60,450 nt of DNA from a virus (IMGVR_UViG_3300032254_000005:1-60450); one strand, 5' to 3'; numbered from the stretch's first letter, positions 1 to 10,625 are shown. The notes: generated by a model not told the origin, from the letters alone. Program-made: numbers and translations.

Positions 1-1
1 C

Positions 2-1315
2 CTGCCGGAGAATGAGCGCGCGCAGATCTTGGCGCAGTTCACTGAAAAAGAGGCCGAGGCCCTTCTTTACGATTGGCGGGGGTTTTTGGCGAGGCCGGAT
101 CAAATCGCGCCTGATGGCGATTGGGACATTTGGCTATGTCTGGCCGGTCGCGGATGGGGCAAGACGCGAACAGGTGCCGAGTGGGTTAAAGAGCAGGTAG
201 AGGCTAATACGGCGGGAAGGATTGCGCTTATCGCAGAAACTGCCGCAGACGCCCGCGACGTGATGGTCGGAGAGATCCTGCGCATCTTTCCCAGGCTCGA
301 CCGCCCGACCTACACCAAGTCCAACCGGTGCGTGACATTCGAGAATGGGGCGAAGGCGTTCACCTATAACGCGGTTGAGCCTGACCAGCTTCGAGGTCCG
401 CAGCATGACGCTGCATGGCTCGACGAATTGGCAAAGTGGAAGTACGCGAGGGAAACATTTGACCAAGCGCAATTCGGTTTGCGTATGGGTGACCATCCGA
501 GACAGATAATCACTACGACGCCAAGACCGATTGAGTTGATCAAGTCGATTGTCTCGGGTGGCGAGGGCAAGGTGCATGTCACGCGGGGCAGCACAATGGA
601 CAATCGCGCCAACCTTGCAGCGTCATTCATGGATCGCATCCAGCGTAAATACGCAGGCACGCGATTGGGGCGGCAGGAGCTTAACGCAGAGATCCTTGGC
701 GATCTGCCCGGTGCCCTTTGGCGGCAATCAACGCTTGACACATATCGAGTCTCAGATGCCAAGGAAATCGGGCGCACCGTTGTTGCCATCGACCCGGCAG
801 TAACAAATACAGAGGACAGCGACGAGCACGGCATTTGCGTGGCTGGCATTGGCCCGGACCAAACTGGGTATCTCCTAGAAGATGCCAGCATGAGCGGAAG
901 CCCAAACGAATGGGCCGCCGCAGCGATTGCGAAGTCCAAGGAATACGGCGCTGACGGTGTTGTTGTCGAGGTAAACCAGGGCGGGGATATGGTGGCGCAC
1001 GTGTTACGAACCATCGCCCCAGCGCTGAATATTATCGAGGTCAGGGCGTCACGCGGCAAGCATGTCAGGGCAGAGCCGATTGCTTCGCTTTATGAGCAGG
1101 GCCGCATCCGGCACGTGGGGCAGTTCCCAGAGCTTGAGGGCCAAATGACACAAATGACAACGCAAGGTTACGAAGGCGACGGCAGCCCAGACCGCGTTGA
1201 TGCCATGGTTTGGGCCATGAGCGAACTATTTGCAGACATGATCGAACCGCTACCGGATGCTTCTGTGCATCACCGGCGTCTCAATCGTGGGGGCGGGGGA
1301 TGGCTAGGCGCATGA
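2..1315 (+). CDS. terL: Terminase large subunit, phage A (5' end outside window)
   Basis: Walker A GRGWGKTR, Walker B AWLDE, LRGPQ, C-terminal nuclease AIDPA...SPDRVDA; the frame is open from the window edge. Confidence 0.95.
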   Translation: MPENERAQILAQFTEKEAEALLYDWRGFLARPDQIAPDGDWDIWLCLAGRGWGKTRTGAEWVKEQVEANTAGRIALIAETAADARDVMVGEILRIFPRLDRPTYTKSNRCVTFENGAKAFTYNAVEPDQLRGPQHDAAWLDELAKWKYARETFDQAQFGLRMGDHPRQIITTTPRPIELIKSIVSGGEGKVHVTRGSTMDNRANLAASFMDRIQRKYAGTRLGRQELNAEILGDLPGALWRQSTLDTYRVSDAKEIGRTVVAIDPAVTNTEDSDEHGICVAGIGPDQTGYLLEDASMSGSPNEWAAAAIAKSKEYGADGVVVEVNQGGDMVAHVLRTIAPALNIIEVRASRGKHVRAEPIASLYEQGRIRHVGQFPELEGQMTQMTTQGYEGDGSPDRVDAMVWAMSELFADMIEPLPDASVHHRRLNRGGGGWLGA

Positions 1316-3282
1316 AAAACGACGAATTGATTAAGCTTGCCCGCACCAGGTTGTCCGACGCTTTGGACGCGGATAGAACAAACCGAGAGCTTGCCGCCAA
1401 TGATCTGGAGAACCTGGTAGGCGACGGCCAATGGCCGGATGACGTTCGCACGCAAAGGGAGGCTGATAGCCGCCCGTGCCTGACAATCAACCGCCTGCCG
1501 CAGTTTGTGCGCCAAGTGACAGGCGATATTCGCAAGATAAATCCGGCGATCAATGTCACGCCGGGCGATACAGGTGCCTCAAAGGAAGTCGCGGAAGTCA
1601 TAGAGGGGCTTATCCGCCAGATCGAATACAGGTCTGACGCGTCGTCGGTTTATGAAACAGCCGCCGAGGGTGCCGCGCAATGCGGCATGGGATATTGGCG
1701 CATCCGGGCCGATTGGGAATCGGATGATGGATTTGACCAAGAAGTCTTGGTTGATCGCATCCATAACCCGTTTTCGGTTTACTTTGATCCAACAGCAAAA
1801 GACCCGACGCGCAAGGACGCCGAGTTTGTGTTCATCACCGAGGCGATGGGCGAGGAAGATTTCGAGGACGCCTATCCCAATGCGGTGATGGTGGATGTTG
1901 AGTCCGATAGCGACGTGGACGGCATTGAGAATTGGCGCGACAAACAATCTGTTATCGTGGCCGAATACATCTACCGCGATTATGACGATGTAGAAATCGG
2001 GCTTATGCAGGACGGCACCGTTGTCGAGAACCCATCGCCGCCCATGAATTTCGTCAGAACCCGCAAGGTTCAGCGCCAGAAAATCATGTGGTGCAAGGTC
2101 ACTGGCAAAGAGGTGCTGGAAGGCCCGACTGCCCTGCCCGGCAAGCATATCCCGGTTATCGCGGTTATGGGTGAGGAAATTTGCGTGGGCAAGGAAACCC
2201 GGCGCAGTTCGGTCATCCGCTATGCTAAAGACCCGCAACGGCTTTATAACTACTGGCGATCTGCGCAGACTGAATTGGTAGCGCTGCAACCCAAGGCCCC
2301 GTATTTGGTGACGCCGAAACAGGTGCAGGGCTTCGAGAGTTTATGGCAGGCCGCGAACAACAGCAACGAGCCTTATCTGCCATATAACCCGGATGAAAAG
2401 GCCCAGGGTGCGCCACAGCGCGCGACGCCGCCGGTTGCCTCGTCTGGCATGATGCAGGAGGTGCTGACAGCCGCCGAGGACATGAAGGGCACGACCGGCA
2501 TTTACGACGCCGGGCTTGGAAGTGCAGGCAACGAGAAATCGGGCATTGCCATTCAGCGTCGGCAGGTCGAGAGCGATATTTCGACTTCGATTTATTCTGA
2601 CAACATGGCAAAGGCCATTGCGCAGGGCGGCAGGGTTATCGTGTCAATGATCCCAGATGTTTATGACACAAACAGGGTTATTCAGATTCTAGGCAAGGAC
2701 AGCACGCCGCAACAGGTCATGGTTAATGGCGTGCAAATGTCGCAAAATGGTGTTGTCCCGGTTAATGACATAAGAATTGGCCGCTATGACGTGCGAGTTG
2801 CGGTTGGGCCGAATTACACCACCAAGCGGCAGGAAACTGCGGAGAGCATGATTGACTTTGTGCGCGCGTTCCCGCCTGCCGCTGGCGTGACCGCCGATCT
2901 TGTCGCGCAGAACATGGACTGGCCCGGCGCGGACCAGTTTGCAGACAGGTTGAAGAAACTCTTGCCGCCCGGCGTTGCGGAAAGCGATGAACCGCCGTCG
3001 CCGCAAGAGCAGCAGGCTATGCAACAACAACAGGCAATGCAGCAGGCGCAAATGCAGATGCAGATGGCGCAAGAGCAAGCAAAAACGGAACAGGAAGTTG
3101 CGGGCGCGAAAGAAGCGCAGGCGGATGCCGAAAAAGCCCAGCTCGATGTTGCGGAGAAATCTTTGGAATTGGCCATCAAGAACGGCCAGCTAGACGCGGC
3201 GATCCAACAGGCGGTCGCTCGTGCGCTTCATAGCGCGATGGGGCAGCAAGCCCCCCAACCGGTCTTAACGCGGACCTTTTAA
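1300..3282 (+). CDS. P22-like portal protein
   Basis: Follows TerL; GDGQW..D, RPCLTINRL, AKDPQRLYNYW, LGSAGNEKSGIAI, GRYDV.V.VGP motifs; Q-rich C-terminal helical barrel; start at 1300 or 1312. Confidence 0.92.
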   Translation: MARRMKNDELIKLARTRLSDALDADRTNRELAANDLENLVGDGQWPDDVRTQREADSRPCLTINRLPQFVRQVTGDIRKINPAINVTPGDTGASKEVAEVIEGLIRQIEYRSDASSVYETAAEGAAQCGMGYWRIRADWESDDGFDQEVLVDRIHNPFSVYFDPTAKDPTRKDAEFVFITEAMGEEDFEDAYPNAVMVDVESDSDVDGIENWRDKQSVIVAEYIYRDYDDVEIGLMQDGTVVENPSPPMNFVRTRKVQRQKIMWCKVTGKEVLEGPTALPGKHIPVIAVMGEEICVGKETRRSSVIRYAKDPQRLYNYWRSAQTELVALQPKAPYLVTPKQVQGFESLWQAANNSNEPYLPYNPDEKAQGAPQRATPPVASSGMMQEVLTAAEDMKGTTGIYDAGLGSAGNEKSGIAIQRRQVESDISTSIYSDNMAKAIAQGGRVIVSMIPDVYDTNRVIQILGKDSTPQQVMVNGVQMSQNGVVPVNDIRIGRYDVRVAVGPNYTTKRQETAESMIDFVRAFPPAAGVTADLVAQNMDWPGADQFADRLKKLLPPGVAESDEPPSPQEQQAMQQQQAMQQAQMQMQMAQEQAKTEQEVAGAKEAQADAEKAQLDVAEKSLELAIKNGQLDAAIQQAVARALHSAMGQQAPQPVLTRTF

Positions 3283-3294
3283 ACAGGCAGAAAA

Positions 3295-4143
3295 ATGGAA
3301 GAAGAGCAAACCCTCGCCCCTGCGGTGGCGAGTGATGATGACGTGACGGAAAACGAAACCATCACGCAAACCGAAGAAGTGTCAGACGAGACGCAAGAAA
3401 CGGAAGGGCAGGAAGAAGGCCAGCCCGCCTCGGAGTCGGAAGGTGAAGAGGAAACAGTCAGCCCCGCAAAGGCCCGCCGCGAACGGCGCAGGGCCGAGGT
3501 GCGACGGTTAAAAGATAGTGAAGCGCAGGCGCAAAAGGAATTGGCCGAAACGAAGGTCAAACTTGAACGCTTGCAGCAAGTTGCGCAAGAATCGCAGCCC
3601 CCCAAGCAAGAGGATTACGCCAATTACGATGACTTCCTGGCGGCAAAAACGGCCCATCATAGCCTTGCCGCCATCGACAACCGCCAAAAGCGTGAGTTGG
3701 AAATGGAAGCGGAGCGGAAAGCGGCTGAAATCAGCAGTATCTCCGAGCAGGAACAGCGGGAAATGGCCCAAAATTGGGCCGACCAAGCTGGCGAGGCACG
3801 GAGCAAATACACCGATTTCGACACCGTTGTAACCGCCGAAGATTTGTCAATTACGCCCTCTATGGCCCGCGTGATTGCCTCGTCCGACCTTGGCGCAGAC
3901 ATCGCTTATCACCTTGGGACAAACAAAGCGGAAGCGGCGCGGATTGCGCAAATGAGTGACCTTGAAATGGCGCGGAACCTAGGGGCAATCGAGGCCCGTC
4001 TATCCATGCCGAAGGTCAAAACCCAAACTACTGCCCCCGATCCGGTTACACCCGTGCGCCCGAAGGCCACGGCGACCAAAGACCCGTCCAAGATGACCCC
4101 GAAGGAATACCGGGCTTGGCGGGAAAACGGCGGCAGCTTCTAA
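3295..4143 (+). CDS. Capsid scaffolding protein
   Basis: Lies between portal and coat; acidic N-terminus, coiled coil, C-terminal MT.KEY..WR motif. Confidence 0.85.
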   Translation: MEEEQTLAPAVASDDDVTENETITQTEEVSDETQETEGQEEGQPASESEGEEETVSPAKARRERRRAEVRRLKDSEAQAQKELAETKVKLERLQQVAQESQPPKQEDYANYDDFLAAKTAHHSLAAIDNRQKRELEMEAERKAAEISSISEQEQREMAQNWADQAGEARSKYTDFDTVVTAEDLSITPSMARVIASSDLGADIAYHLGTNKAEAARIAQMSDLEMARNLGAIEARLSMPKVKTQTTAPDPVTPVRPKATATKDPSKMTPKEYRAWRENGGSF

Positions 4144-4155
4144 GGAGCCAAGTAA

Positions 4156-5388
4156 ATGGCAAACACCTTTCTGACGCCCTCTGTGTTCGCACAGGAGGGC
4201 CTAATGCAGCTTGAGAATGAGCTTATTCTAGGCAACAAGGTCAACACGGACTACTCGAAAGAGTATGCGATGGTCGGCGACACGGTTAGCATCCGCCGCC
4301 CTACGCAATACCTCGGGCAAGAAGATGACCTTGATGTGTCGTCCTACCGTGAGGATATCGTGCAGGGCAAAACCACTGTGACGATGAACAAGACAGTCTC
4401 GATTCCGGTGGATATCGGCGCAATCGACGCCACGCTTTCATTTGACCGTGTGCAGGAGGATATTATCCGCCCCGCCGTCATTCGGATGCGCGACAAGATT
4501 GAAACCGAGTTGGCGTCGCTTTACACCAGCGCCTATTGGTTCGACGGCACCCCAGGCACGGTCCCGGCGACGTTCAAGGCCCTTGGTGGCGTTGGCGCGA
4601 TCATGACGGATGCGGCAGTGCCGCAGGCTGATCGGTTCGCTGTCCACGGCACCGAGGCGGCGCTTGAACTGGCCGATGGACTCAAGGGCGTTTATGTCCA
4701 GGACAAGGCCAAGTCAGCATTCGAGGAAGCCAAAATAGGGCGTTACGCAGGTTTCGACAACTTCGAGAGCGTCCACACGCCAACCCACACCGTTGGCGTT
4801 GCAACCGGCACCCCGCTGGTCAATGGCGGCACTCAGGCTGTGACTTATCTGGCATCCAAGGACACTTGGTCCCAGACCCTGAACACCGATGGATGGACCA
4901 ATTCCACCACCGGCATTCTGAAAGCGGGCGATATTATCACTATCGCAGGTGTTTTCGCGGTCAACCCGATCTCGAAGCAGAGCACTGGCCGCTTGCAGAC
5001 GTTCACCGTTCTGGCCGATGCCGATTCCGGCGCGACCACTGGCCCGGCTGCTTTGACCGTATCGCCCCCGATGATCACCTCGGGCGCGTATCAGACTGTG
5101 ACGGCACAACCTGCCGACAACGCGGCAATCACGGTCAAGACCGGCACTGGCGGCACCGGCTACAAGCAATCGCTGCTGATGCACCCGAAGGCGTTTTCGC
5201 TGGTTACTCGCCCGCTGAAAATCGCCTCTGGCTCTGGTGTCAAAACCAGCACCAAATCGGGCAACAAGGTCACCATTTCGGCCACTGAGTATGTCAACGG
5301 CGACACGCTGGCGCACACCATGCGCTTTGACATGCTTTTCGGGGTAAAATGCACCGATCCGCGCCTTGTGGCTCGATTGACCAGCTAA
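4156..5388 (+). CDS. P22-type major capsid (coat) protein
   Basis: TAAGGAG RBS; MAN.FLTP, GDTVSIRRP, LKAGDIITIAGV, HPKAF.LV, RFDMLFG motifs. Confidence 0.93.
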   Translation: MANTFLTPSVFAQEGLMQLENELILGNKVNTDYSKEYAMVGDTVSIRRPTQYLGQEDDLDVSSYREDIVQGKTTVTMNKTVSIPVDIGAIDATLSFDRVQEDIIRPAVIRMRDKIETELASLYTSAYWFDGTPGTVPATFKALGGVGAIMTDAAVPQADRFAVHGTEAALELADGLKGVYVQDKAKSAFEEAKIGRYAGFDNFESVHTPTHTVGVATGTPLVNGGTQAVTYLASKDTWSQTLNTDGWTNSTTGILKAGDIITIAGVFAVNPISKQSTGRLQTFTVLADADSGATTGPAALTVSPPMITSGAYQTVTAQPADNAAITVKTGTGGTGYKQSLLMHPKAFSLVTRPLKIASGSGVKTSTKSGNKVTISATEYVNGDTLAHTMRFDMLFGVKCTDPRLVARLTS

Positions 5389-5397
5389 TCAACAACG

Positions 5398-5419
5398 GGC
5401 GGGGCTTAACGGCCCCGCC
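5398..5419 (+). terminator. GC hairpin after coat gene (weak terminator or stabiliser)
   Basis: ggcggggc-ttaacg-gccccgcc; no U tract. Confidence 0.45.
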
Positions 5420-5439
5420 TACTCAAACAGAGGTGTGCC

Positions 5440-5817
5440 ATGGCGACCGTCCGCGAAATCATATCCCGCTCGATGCGCAAGATCGGCCTTATCGGTCCTC
5501 GGGAAGAAGCCGAGGCGGAAGAAATGGCCGAGGCTCTGGACGCACTCAACGCGATGTTTCATGGGTGGAAACTGCGCGGCGTTGACCTGACGCACACAGA
5601 TGTAACACTGAATGACACATTCCCGCTTGGGCAGGAATACGAGGAAGGAACTGTTTTCCTACTCGCGGCGCGGATCTCTCCTGATTACGAGATTCCAGCG
5701 CGGTTTGATGCGGACGACTGGTTCCGCACGTTCCAGGCGGCATATTTCGCAACAAATGAGGCAACAATCGCGCCGGGCCTGTTGAATATGCCCTCACAAC
5801 GCACGTGGTTTAGCTAA
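5440..5817 (+). CDS. Head-tail adaptor, P22 gp4-like
   Basis: Synteny; T...II..S.RKIG, AL..LN.M...W pattern. Confidence 0.75.
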   Translation: MATVREIISRSMRKIGLIGPREEAEAEEMAEALDALNAMFHGWKLRGVDLTHTDVTLNDTFPLGQEYEEGTVFLLAARISPDYEIPARFDADDWFRTFQAAYFATNEATIAPGLLNMPSQRTWFS

Positions 5818-7310
5818 TGGTAAGCCTGACTTTCGCCGGGCAATCCGCGCGCGACCAGGATAACGAGCAGGGCAATTCAGGGCGGCTAATTAACTGTTAC
5901 CGTGAGCCATTGCCGCCGGGCGGTAAGTCAACCCATGCGATCAAGTCTGTCCTTGGCATGACCGAGTTTGTTACCCTGCCAGATTTGCATGTACGCGACA
6001 TGACATTTCTCGGCAGCTCGTTTTATGTTCTGGTAAGCGATACGCTCTACAGCATTGGTCAAGCGGGCACGGCAACGGCACTGGGAACCACTGTAAGCGC
6101 AGAGGGCGCGCAGATATTCGGCAACAAGACTCTAGCAAATCAAAATGTCTGTGTCGTCTCCGATGGCAGGTATTTTGTCTGGGATGGGTCTACCATGAGT
6201 GAGCCGACTTCTGGCGCGTTTTCAGCATTTGGTTCTGGCGACTTTCTCAGCGGTTATGTCCTGCTAACTGAGGAGGACGGGCAGAGGCTACAATGGTCTG
6301 ACTTGGCAGATCCCACGTCATTGCCGGGGCTTAACTTCGCAACGATGGAAGGGCGAGACGATAACAACCTGCGCGTTATGGCGATTGGCGGGCGCGCTTG
6401 GATCATGAAGGAACGGTCTATTGAGGTCTGGTATCCGACTGGGCAGGCCGGTGCCAACGCATTCGCGCGGATGACGGGCGCGGTCTATGACATCGGTCTG
6501 AAATCCAAACGCCTTGCGGCCAAGTTCAACGGCGGCGCGTTCTTTGTTGGGTCTGATGGCATTGTTTACCTTACCGATGGTGCCACAAGGCAACCAATAT
6601 CAAGTTCTGCCGTTGAAACGGCAATCCGGTATTCAGACCCGACAACATGTTTCAGCTATACCGACGAGGGGCACAAGTTCTGCGTCATCAAGTTCAGCGA
6701 CCGCCCGGCATGGTGCTATGACATCGCAACCGGTGAGTGGCACGAGCGGGCCAATGGCTTTGGGAATGATTTATGGAATGCTGAGGCCAGCGCAAAGGCT
6801 TGGGGCGATTGGTATGTCGGCAGCATTACCGGCAAGATCGACAAGCTATCCCGCACGAACGAGGATAACGGGGCGGCAATGGTTCGCCGCATTGTGTCAA
6901 GCACGCTTTACAATGAGGGCAAGCGGTTCCGCATTCCAAAATTGGAATTTACGGGGCGTGTCGGGCGGTTCGACCAGTCAAGTTTCACGACCTACGTTGA
7001 TACAATTATGGATCGCGAGGATGGCACCCCAATTCCGTATGAATATGACGCTCTTGTTCTGGAAGATGCGGATTATTGGGAAATCAACGGGGAATACACC
7101 CGAGAGCCGCAAATCATGGTTCGACTAAGCAAGGATAACGGCCAGACGTGGGGGCCAGAGCGGACCCGCGATATAGGCCGTCAAGGTGAATATCGGCAAA
7201 GGATCGTTCTGCGGTCACTTGGGCAGTTCCGACAGGCGACGGCAGAGGTAACCACATCAGATCCCATTGATTTCACGATGGACGCAAACGCAAACTTGGA
7301 AATAGTATGA
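5817..7310 (+). CDS. Tail hub / DNA stabilisation protein, P22 gp10-like
   Basis: Synteny; beta-rich; SIEVW, WCYDIATGEWHER, SKDNGQTW, G..GEY..R motifs. Confidence 0.85.
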   Translation: MVSLTFAGQSARDQDNEQGNSGRLINCYREPLPPGGKSTHAIKSVLGMTEFVTLPDLHVRDMTFLGSSFYVLVSDTLYSIGQAGTATALGTTVSAEGAQIFGNKTLANQNVCVVSDGRYFVWDGSTMSEPTSGAFSAFGSGDFLSGYVLLTEEDGQRLQWSDLADPTSLPGLNFATMEGRDDNNLRVMAIGGRAWIMKERSIEVWYPTGQAGANAFARMTGAVYDIGLKSKRLAAKFNGGAFFVGSDGIVYLTDGATRQPISSSAVETAIRYSDPTTCFSYTDEGHKFCVIKFSDRPAWCYDIATGEWHERANGFGNDLWNAEASAKAWGDWYVGSITGKIDKLSRTNEDNGAAMVRRIVSSTLYNEGKRFRIPKLEFTGRVGRFDQSSFTTYVDTIMDREDGTPIPYEYDALVLEDADYWEINGEYTREPQIMVRLSKDNGQTWGPERTRDIGRQGEYRQRIVLRSLGQFRQATAEVTTSDPIDFTMDANANLEIV

Positions 7311-7456
7311 CAGTCGAGCTGAAAGACCCGCTTTCGGGCCAGCCCATAATCGACCCCAAAACCGGCGCGCTGACACTGGACGGTCTGGAACTGTTGCAAC
7401 GCCTTGTGGCCGCGTTGCGGGATCACGAAGCCCGGATAGTAACGCTAGAGCCGTGA
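7307..7456 (+). CDS. 49-aa putative tail needle (gp26-like), missing from ORF track
   Basis: MTVELKDPLSGQPIIDPKTG...LRDHEARIVTLEP; ATGA and GTGA overlaps with both neighbours; gp26 position; DHE.RI..LE heptad. Confidence 0.65.
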   Translation: MTVELKDPLSGQPIIDPKTGALTLDGLELLQRLVAALRDHEARIVTLEP

Positions 7457-7836
7457 AAATCACAGTTGATGAAGCGCGGGAATACCTGCGCCACAAGTCG
7501 CAGCAGATAATGGGTGCGACGCCTGAAAACCTGCCCTCAGACGGGGTTAAATATTACGCGCATGGGCCGGTTTGTGGAATGTTTCATCGCACGTTCTGGC
7601 CGGGCGTTTGGATGGCGCATTACGCGGTAAAGCCAGAGGGTTGGGGGTTTCTAACAACCCCGGCGCGGGCCGTTTTGAATGAATTTTGGGAGGCCGAAGG
7701 GCCTGAACGTATCATCGGGTGGACGCCCGAAAGCAACCGTGCAGCGATGGCATTCGCGCGCCGCCTTGGCTTTGTCGAGGATGGCCGGATGCCCCTGCCA
7801 GGTGGTGCAATCATCATGCAAGGGTGGGCGAAGTAA
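7453..7836 (+). CDS. GNAT-fold virion assembly protein (P22 gp14-like)
   Basis: N.AA..FA.RLGF..DG GNAT motif; synteny. Confidence 0.75.
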   Translation: MKITVDEAREYLRHKSQQIMGATPENLPSDGVKYYAHGPVCGMFHRTFWPGVWMAHYAVKPEGWGFLTTPARAVLNEFWEAEGPERIIGWTPESNRAAMAFARRLGFVEDGRMPLPGGAIIMQGWAK

Positions 7837-8720
7837 TGGGCATTGGCGCAGTAGTTGGGGGCATTATTCAGGGCCGAGCGGCCAGCAGAGCCGCAAGGGC
7901 GCAACAGGCGACAGCGAACCGGCAGATTGATCTTCAAGAACGAATTTATGAAGAAGACCTTGGCCGGTTTGACCCGTATCTTGAAAACAACACAAACGCC
8001 CTTGCTGCACTGATGTTTGATCTAGGCATCGGCGATGCCCCGACAATCGGTGGAACGCCGGTCGATGTTACGGAAATTCCCGGCGGCGGGCGCTATGAAT
8101 CGTTTATGACCGAGCGGATGAACGACGCCGGGGAGGGCGGGAGAAGCATTCCGGGCCAGCGATGGGTTGGCGGCGCGGCAACGCGATACCAAGCGGGCGA
8201 TCAGATATTTGACACGCGCGAGGAAGCCGAGTCATACGCTAACGCGAACCGAACTGGCGGCACCGTTTACCAAGGCTATCAGGCCAGCCCTGACAATCTG
8301 TTCAGAATCCAGCAGGGCATAGCGGGCGTTGATGCAAGCGCGGCGGCGCGCGGTGGTCTTAATTCTGGCGCAACGATTCAGGCAGCAAACGACCGGGCAA
8401 TTGATATTGCCAGCCTTGGCCGCGATAACTACCTCAACCGGCTTTCCGGCCTGGTTTCAAGCGGCCAAAACGCGGCGGGCCAAGGCGCGGCGGCGGGTCA
8501 GAACTACGCAAACGGGGCAAGCACTGCGTTGGCAAATCTCGGCAACGCGCAGGCGGCTGGTGCCATCGGGCAGGGTAATGCCATTACGGGCACGATTAAC
8601 AACCTGACCGGCCTATACCAGTATCAGAACCTGCAAAACGGCAATCAGGGCGGGCAGGCTGGCGGATGGCTCGGTGACATTGCTTTTGGGGGCGGCGGCA
8701 ACTGGCTCGGGGGCTGGTGA
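7836..8720 (+). CDS. DNA ejection/pilot protein (gp7-like)
   Basis: TAATG overlap; A/G/Q/N-rich; SAAARGGL.SGAT, GNAQAAG motifs. Confidence 0.75.
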   Translation: MGIGAVVGGIIQGRAASRAARAQQATANRQIDLQERIYEEDLGRFDPYLENNTNALAALMFDLGIGDAPTIGGTPVDVTEIPGGGRYESFMTERMNDAGEGGRSIPGQRWVGGAATRYQAGDQIFDTREEAESYANANRTGGTVYQGYQASPDNLFRIQQGIAGVDASAAARGGLNSGATIQAANDRAIDIASLGRDNYLNRLSGLVSSGQNAAGQGAAAGQNYANGASTALANLGNAQAAGAIGQGNAITGTINNLTGLYQYQNLQNGNQGGQAGGWLGDIAFGGGGNWLGGW

Positions 8721-8721
8721 T

Positions 8722-9336
8722 ATGACAACTGACGCTTGGGATTGGTCTCCATATCTATCAGGCGGTGGAACCCGCGCCGACGCGATGTCGGGGCTTGACG
8801 CGCCGTTTGTTGGCGCATTGCAGCGATTGTTCTCGGAAGCCCCGCCCGAGATACAGGCGCAATTGCGTGTCAACTCCGCGTATCGTTCCCCGGAACTGCA
8901 AGCGCAGCTTTTCGATGACGCCATTCAGCGATATGGGTCTGAAAGCGCGGCGCGGCAGTGGGTGGCACCGCCTGGCAATTCCAGACACAACGCGGGCCGG
9001 GCGGCTGACCTCGGGTTTCTCAACGGCGCGGCGCGGGAATACGTCCATGCGAACGCAGGCCGATACGGTATGCAGTTCCCGATGGATTGGGAACCGTGGC
9101 ACATCGAACTAGCGGGCGCAGGGGGCGGCAGAGTGCCGCTTGATGACGGATCACCGCCCAACCCGCAGCAGAACGCCCTGACTGCGGTTTCTGAGTCCCC
9201 ACAGGGACAGCAGACCAACCAGCTTGCGCAGTTCCTCGCAGCGCGGCCACGGATTAATCAATTGAACGTCGCTGATTTTATGACGCGGCCAAACCAGAAC
9301 CAGAACTTTTTGAGCATGATGCCGGGGGCATACTGA
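8722..9336 (+). CDS. M15 (VanY/D,D-peptidase-like) zinc peptidase, probably virion-associated
   Basis: SAYRS..Q, APPGNSRH..G.AAD, EPWHIE motifs. Confidence 0.85.
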   Translation: MTTDAWDWSPYLSGGGTRADAMSGLDAPFVGALQRLFSEAPPEIQAQLRVNSAYRSPELQAQLFDDAIQRYGSESAARQWVAPPGNSRHNAGRAADLGFLNGAAREYVHANAGRYGMQFPMDWEPWHIELAGAGGGRVPLDDGSPPNPQQNALTAVSESPQGQQTNQLAQFLAARPRINQLNVADFMTRPNQNQNFLSMMPGAY

Positions 9337-10625
9337 TGGCAGTAATGGATTCACGGATCATTCTGGCGGGACAGCCGGTAAACTCCTTGGGTGCGCTTGC
9401 GGCGGGAACGCAGCTTGCGGCACAAACGAATGCGGTGCGCGACCAGAACAATTTGCGCGACCTTTATCAGACGCAGGGGCCGGGGATATTGGCGGGCGAT
9501 GCCTCGTCCCTAAATGCGCTGGCCGGTCTTGATCCCATGGCGGCATTGGATGTTAGAAATGTGCAGGACCAGCGGGCGGAGCGGCAGGAGCGTCTGCGAA
9601 TGGCTCGGGCGGCCGGTGCGCGGGCAGCGGCAAGCGCAGCGGCGTCTCAATCTCGGGCAGAGCGGGACGCGCAGGAGGCGGAAATCCGGCGCGGTTTAGG
9701 TGCCGCTCGAACTGCCGGTTCTGCGGCTGAGTGGGATGCCATCGCAACGCAATTCGGGGCCGATGAACTTGTCGGCCAATTCGATCAGCGCGACGCTGTT
9801 ATATCCTTCTATGAGGGTTACACAGAGCCGTCAGCGCCTTCTTACCGCGAGTTCGATGGCAACCTGTATACCGAAACGCCAACTGGCCTTGACCTTGCGA
9901 TGTCGGGACAGCCTGATACGCCGACTTATTCAATTATGTCGCCGGAAGAAGTCGCCGCTATCCCCGGCCTTGATCCCAGCCGAACATATCAGCGCAACGC
10001 TAACGGCCAGATAACCCCAGTTGGCGGCGCGCCACAGCAGACATCGGTCTACGACGAAAACGGAAACCTGATTTTCTCGCAGGGCGCACCTAATGCAGGA
10101 ACTGGCGCGGCACTGGGTCCGGAGCAAATTCAGCAAGACCCGATTGGGGGCGCTGATACCGCATTCGGTGTTGCGGGCGCGGCCAGAAACGTCGCAAATA
10201 TTGCCGCTGACACCGCAGGGCTGGACCAACCGTTCCCAGAAACGGCACAAGCAAGTGCAGAACTTGCCAGACTCACGGACGAACTGACGCAGGAACTTTC
10301 TGCGGCATACGATCGACAGCCGCCGTCTTGGCTGATGACAGCAATTCGGAGAACCATCCCGGAACCCGGATCATTGCTAACCGGCCCGCAACGCGCCACA
10401 ACGCAATTCAATGCCATTCGCGGCAGCCTTGAGCGTGAGTTGGCAACGCAACGGCGGGCGCTTGGTGGCGCGGTTTCGCCAAGATCCTATAGCGAAACAA
10501 GCAACAGAATTGCAGTAATTGAACGCATGATTGGCCGCGTGGATTCCGCGCTTGAAGGCATAAACACGTCAGCGGAAGGGCTTTCAGAGCAAGATACAGA
10601 ACTGTTGAACAGGTGGCTTGACTGA
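9336..10625 (+). CDS. Ejection protein (gp20-like position)
   Basis: Translationally coupled, helical and Ala-rich; synteny. Confidence 0.6.
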   Translation: MAVMDSRIILAGQPVNSLGALAAGTQLAAQTNAVRDQNNLRDLYQTQGPGILAGDASSLNALAGLDPMAALDVRNVQDQRAERQERLRMARAAGARAAASAAASQSRAERDAQEAEIRRGLGAARTAGSAAEWDAIATQFGADELVGQFDQRDAVISFYEGYTEPSAPSYREFDGNLYTETPTGLDLAMSGQPDTPTYSIMSPEEVAAIPGLDPSRTYQRNANGQITPVGGAPQQTSVYDENGNLIFSQGAPNAGTGAALGPEQIQQDPIGGADTAFGVAGAARNVANIAADTAGLDQPFPETAQASAELARLTDELTQELSAAYDRQPPSWLMTAIRRTIPEPGSLLTGPQRATTQFNAIRGSLERELATQRRALGGAVSPRSYSETSNRIAVIERMIGRVDSALEGINTSAEGLSEQDTELLNRWLD

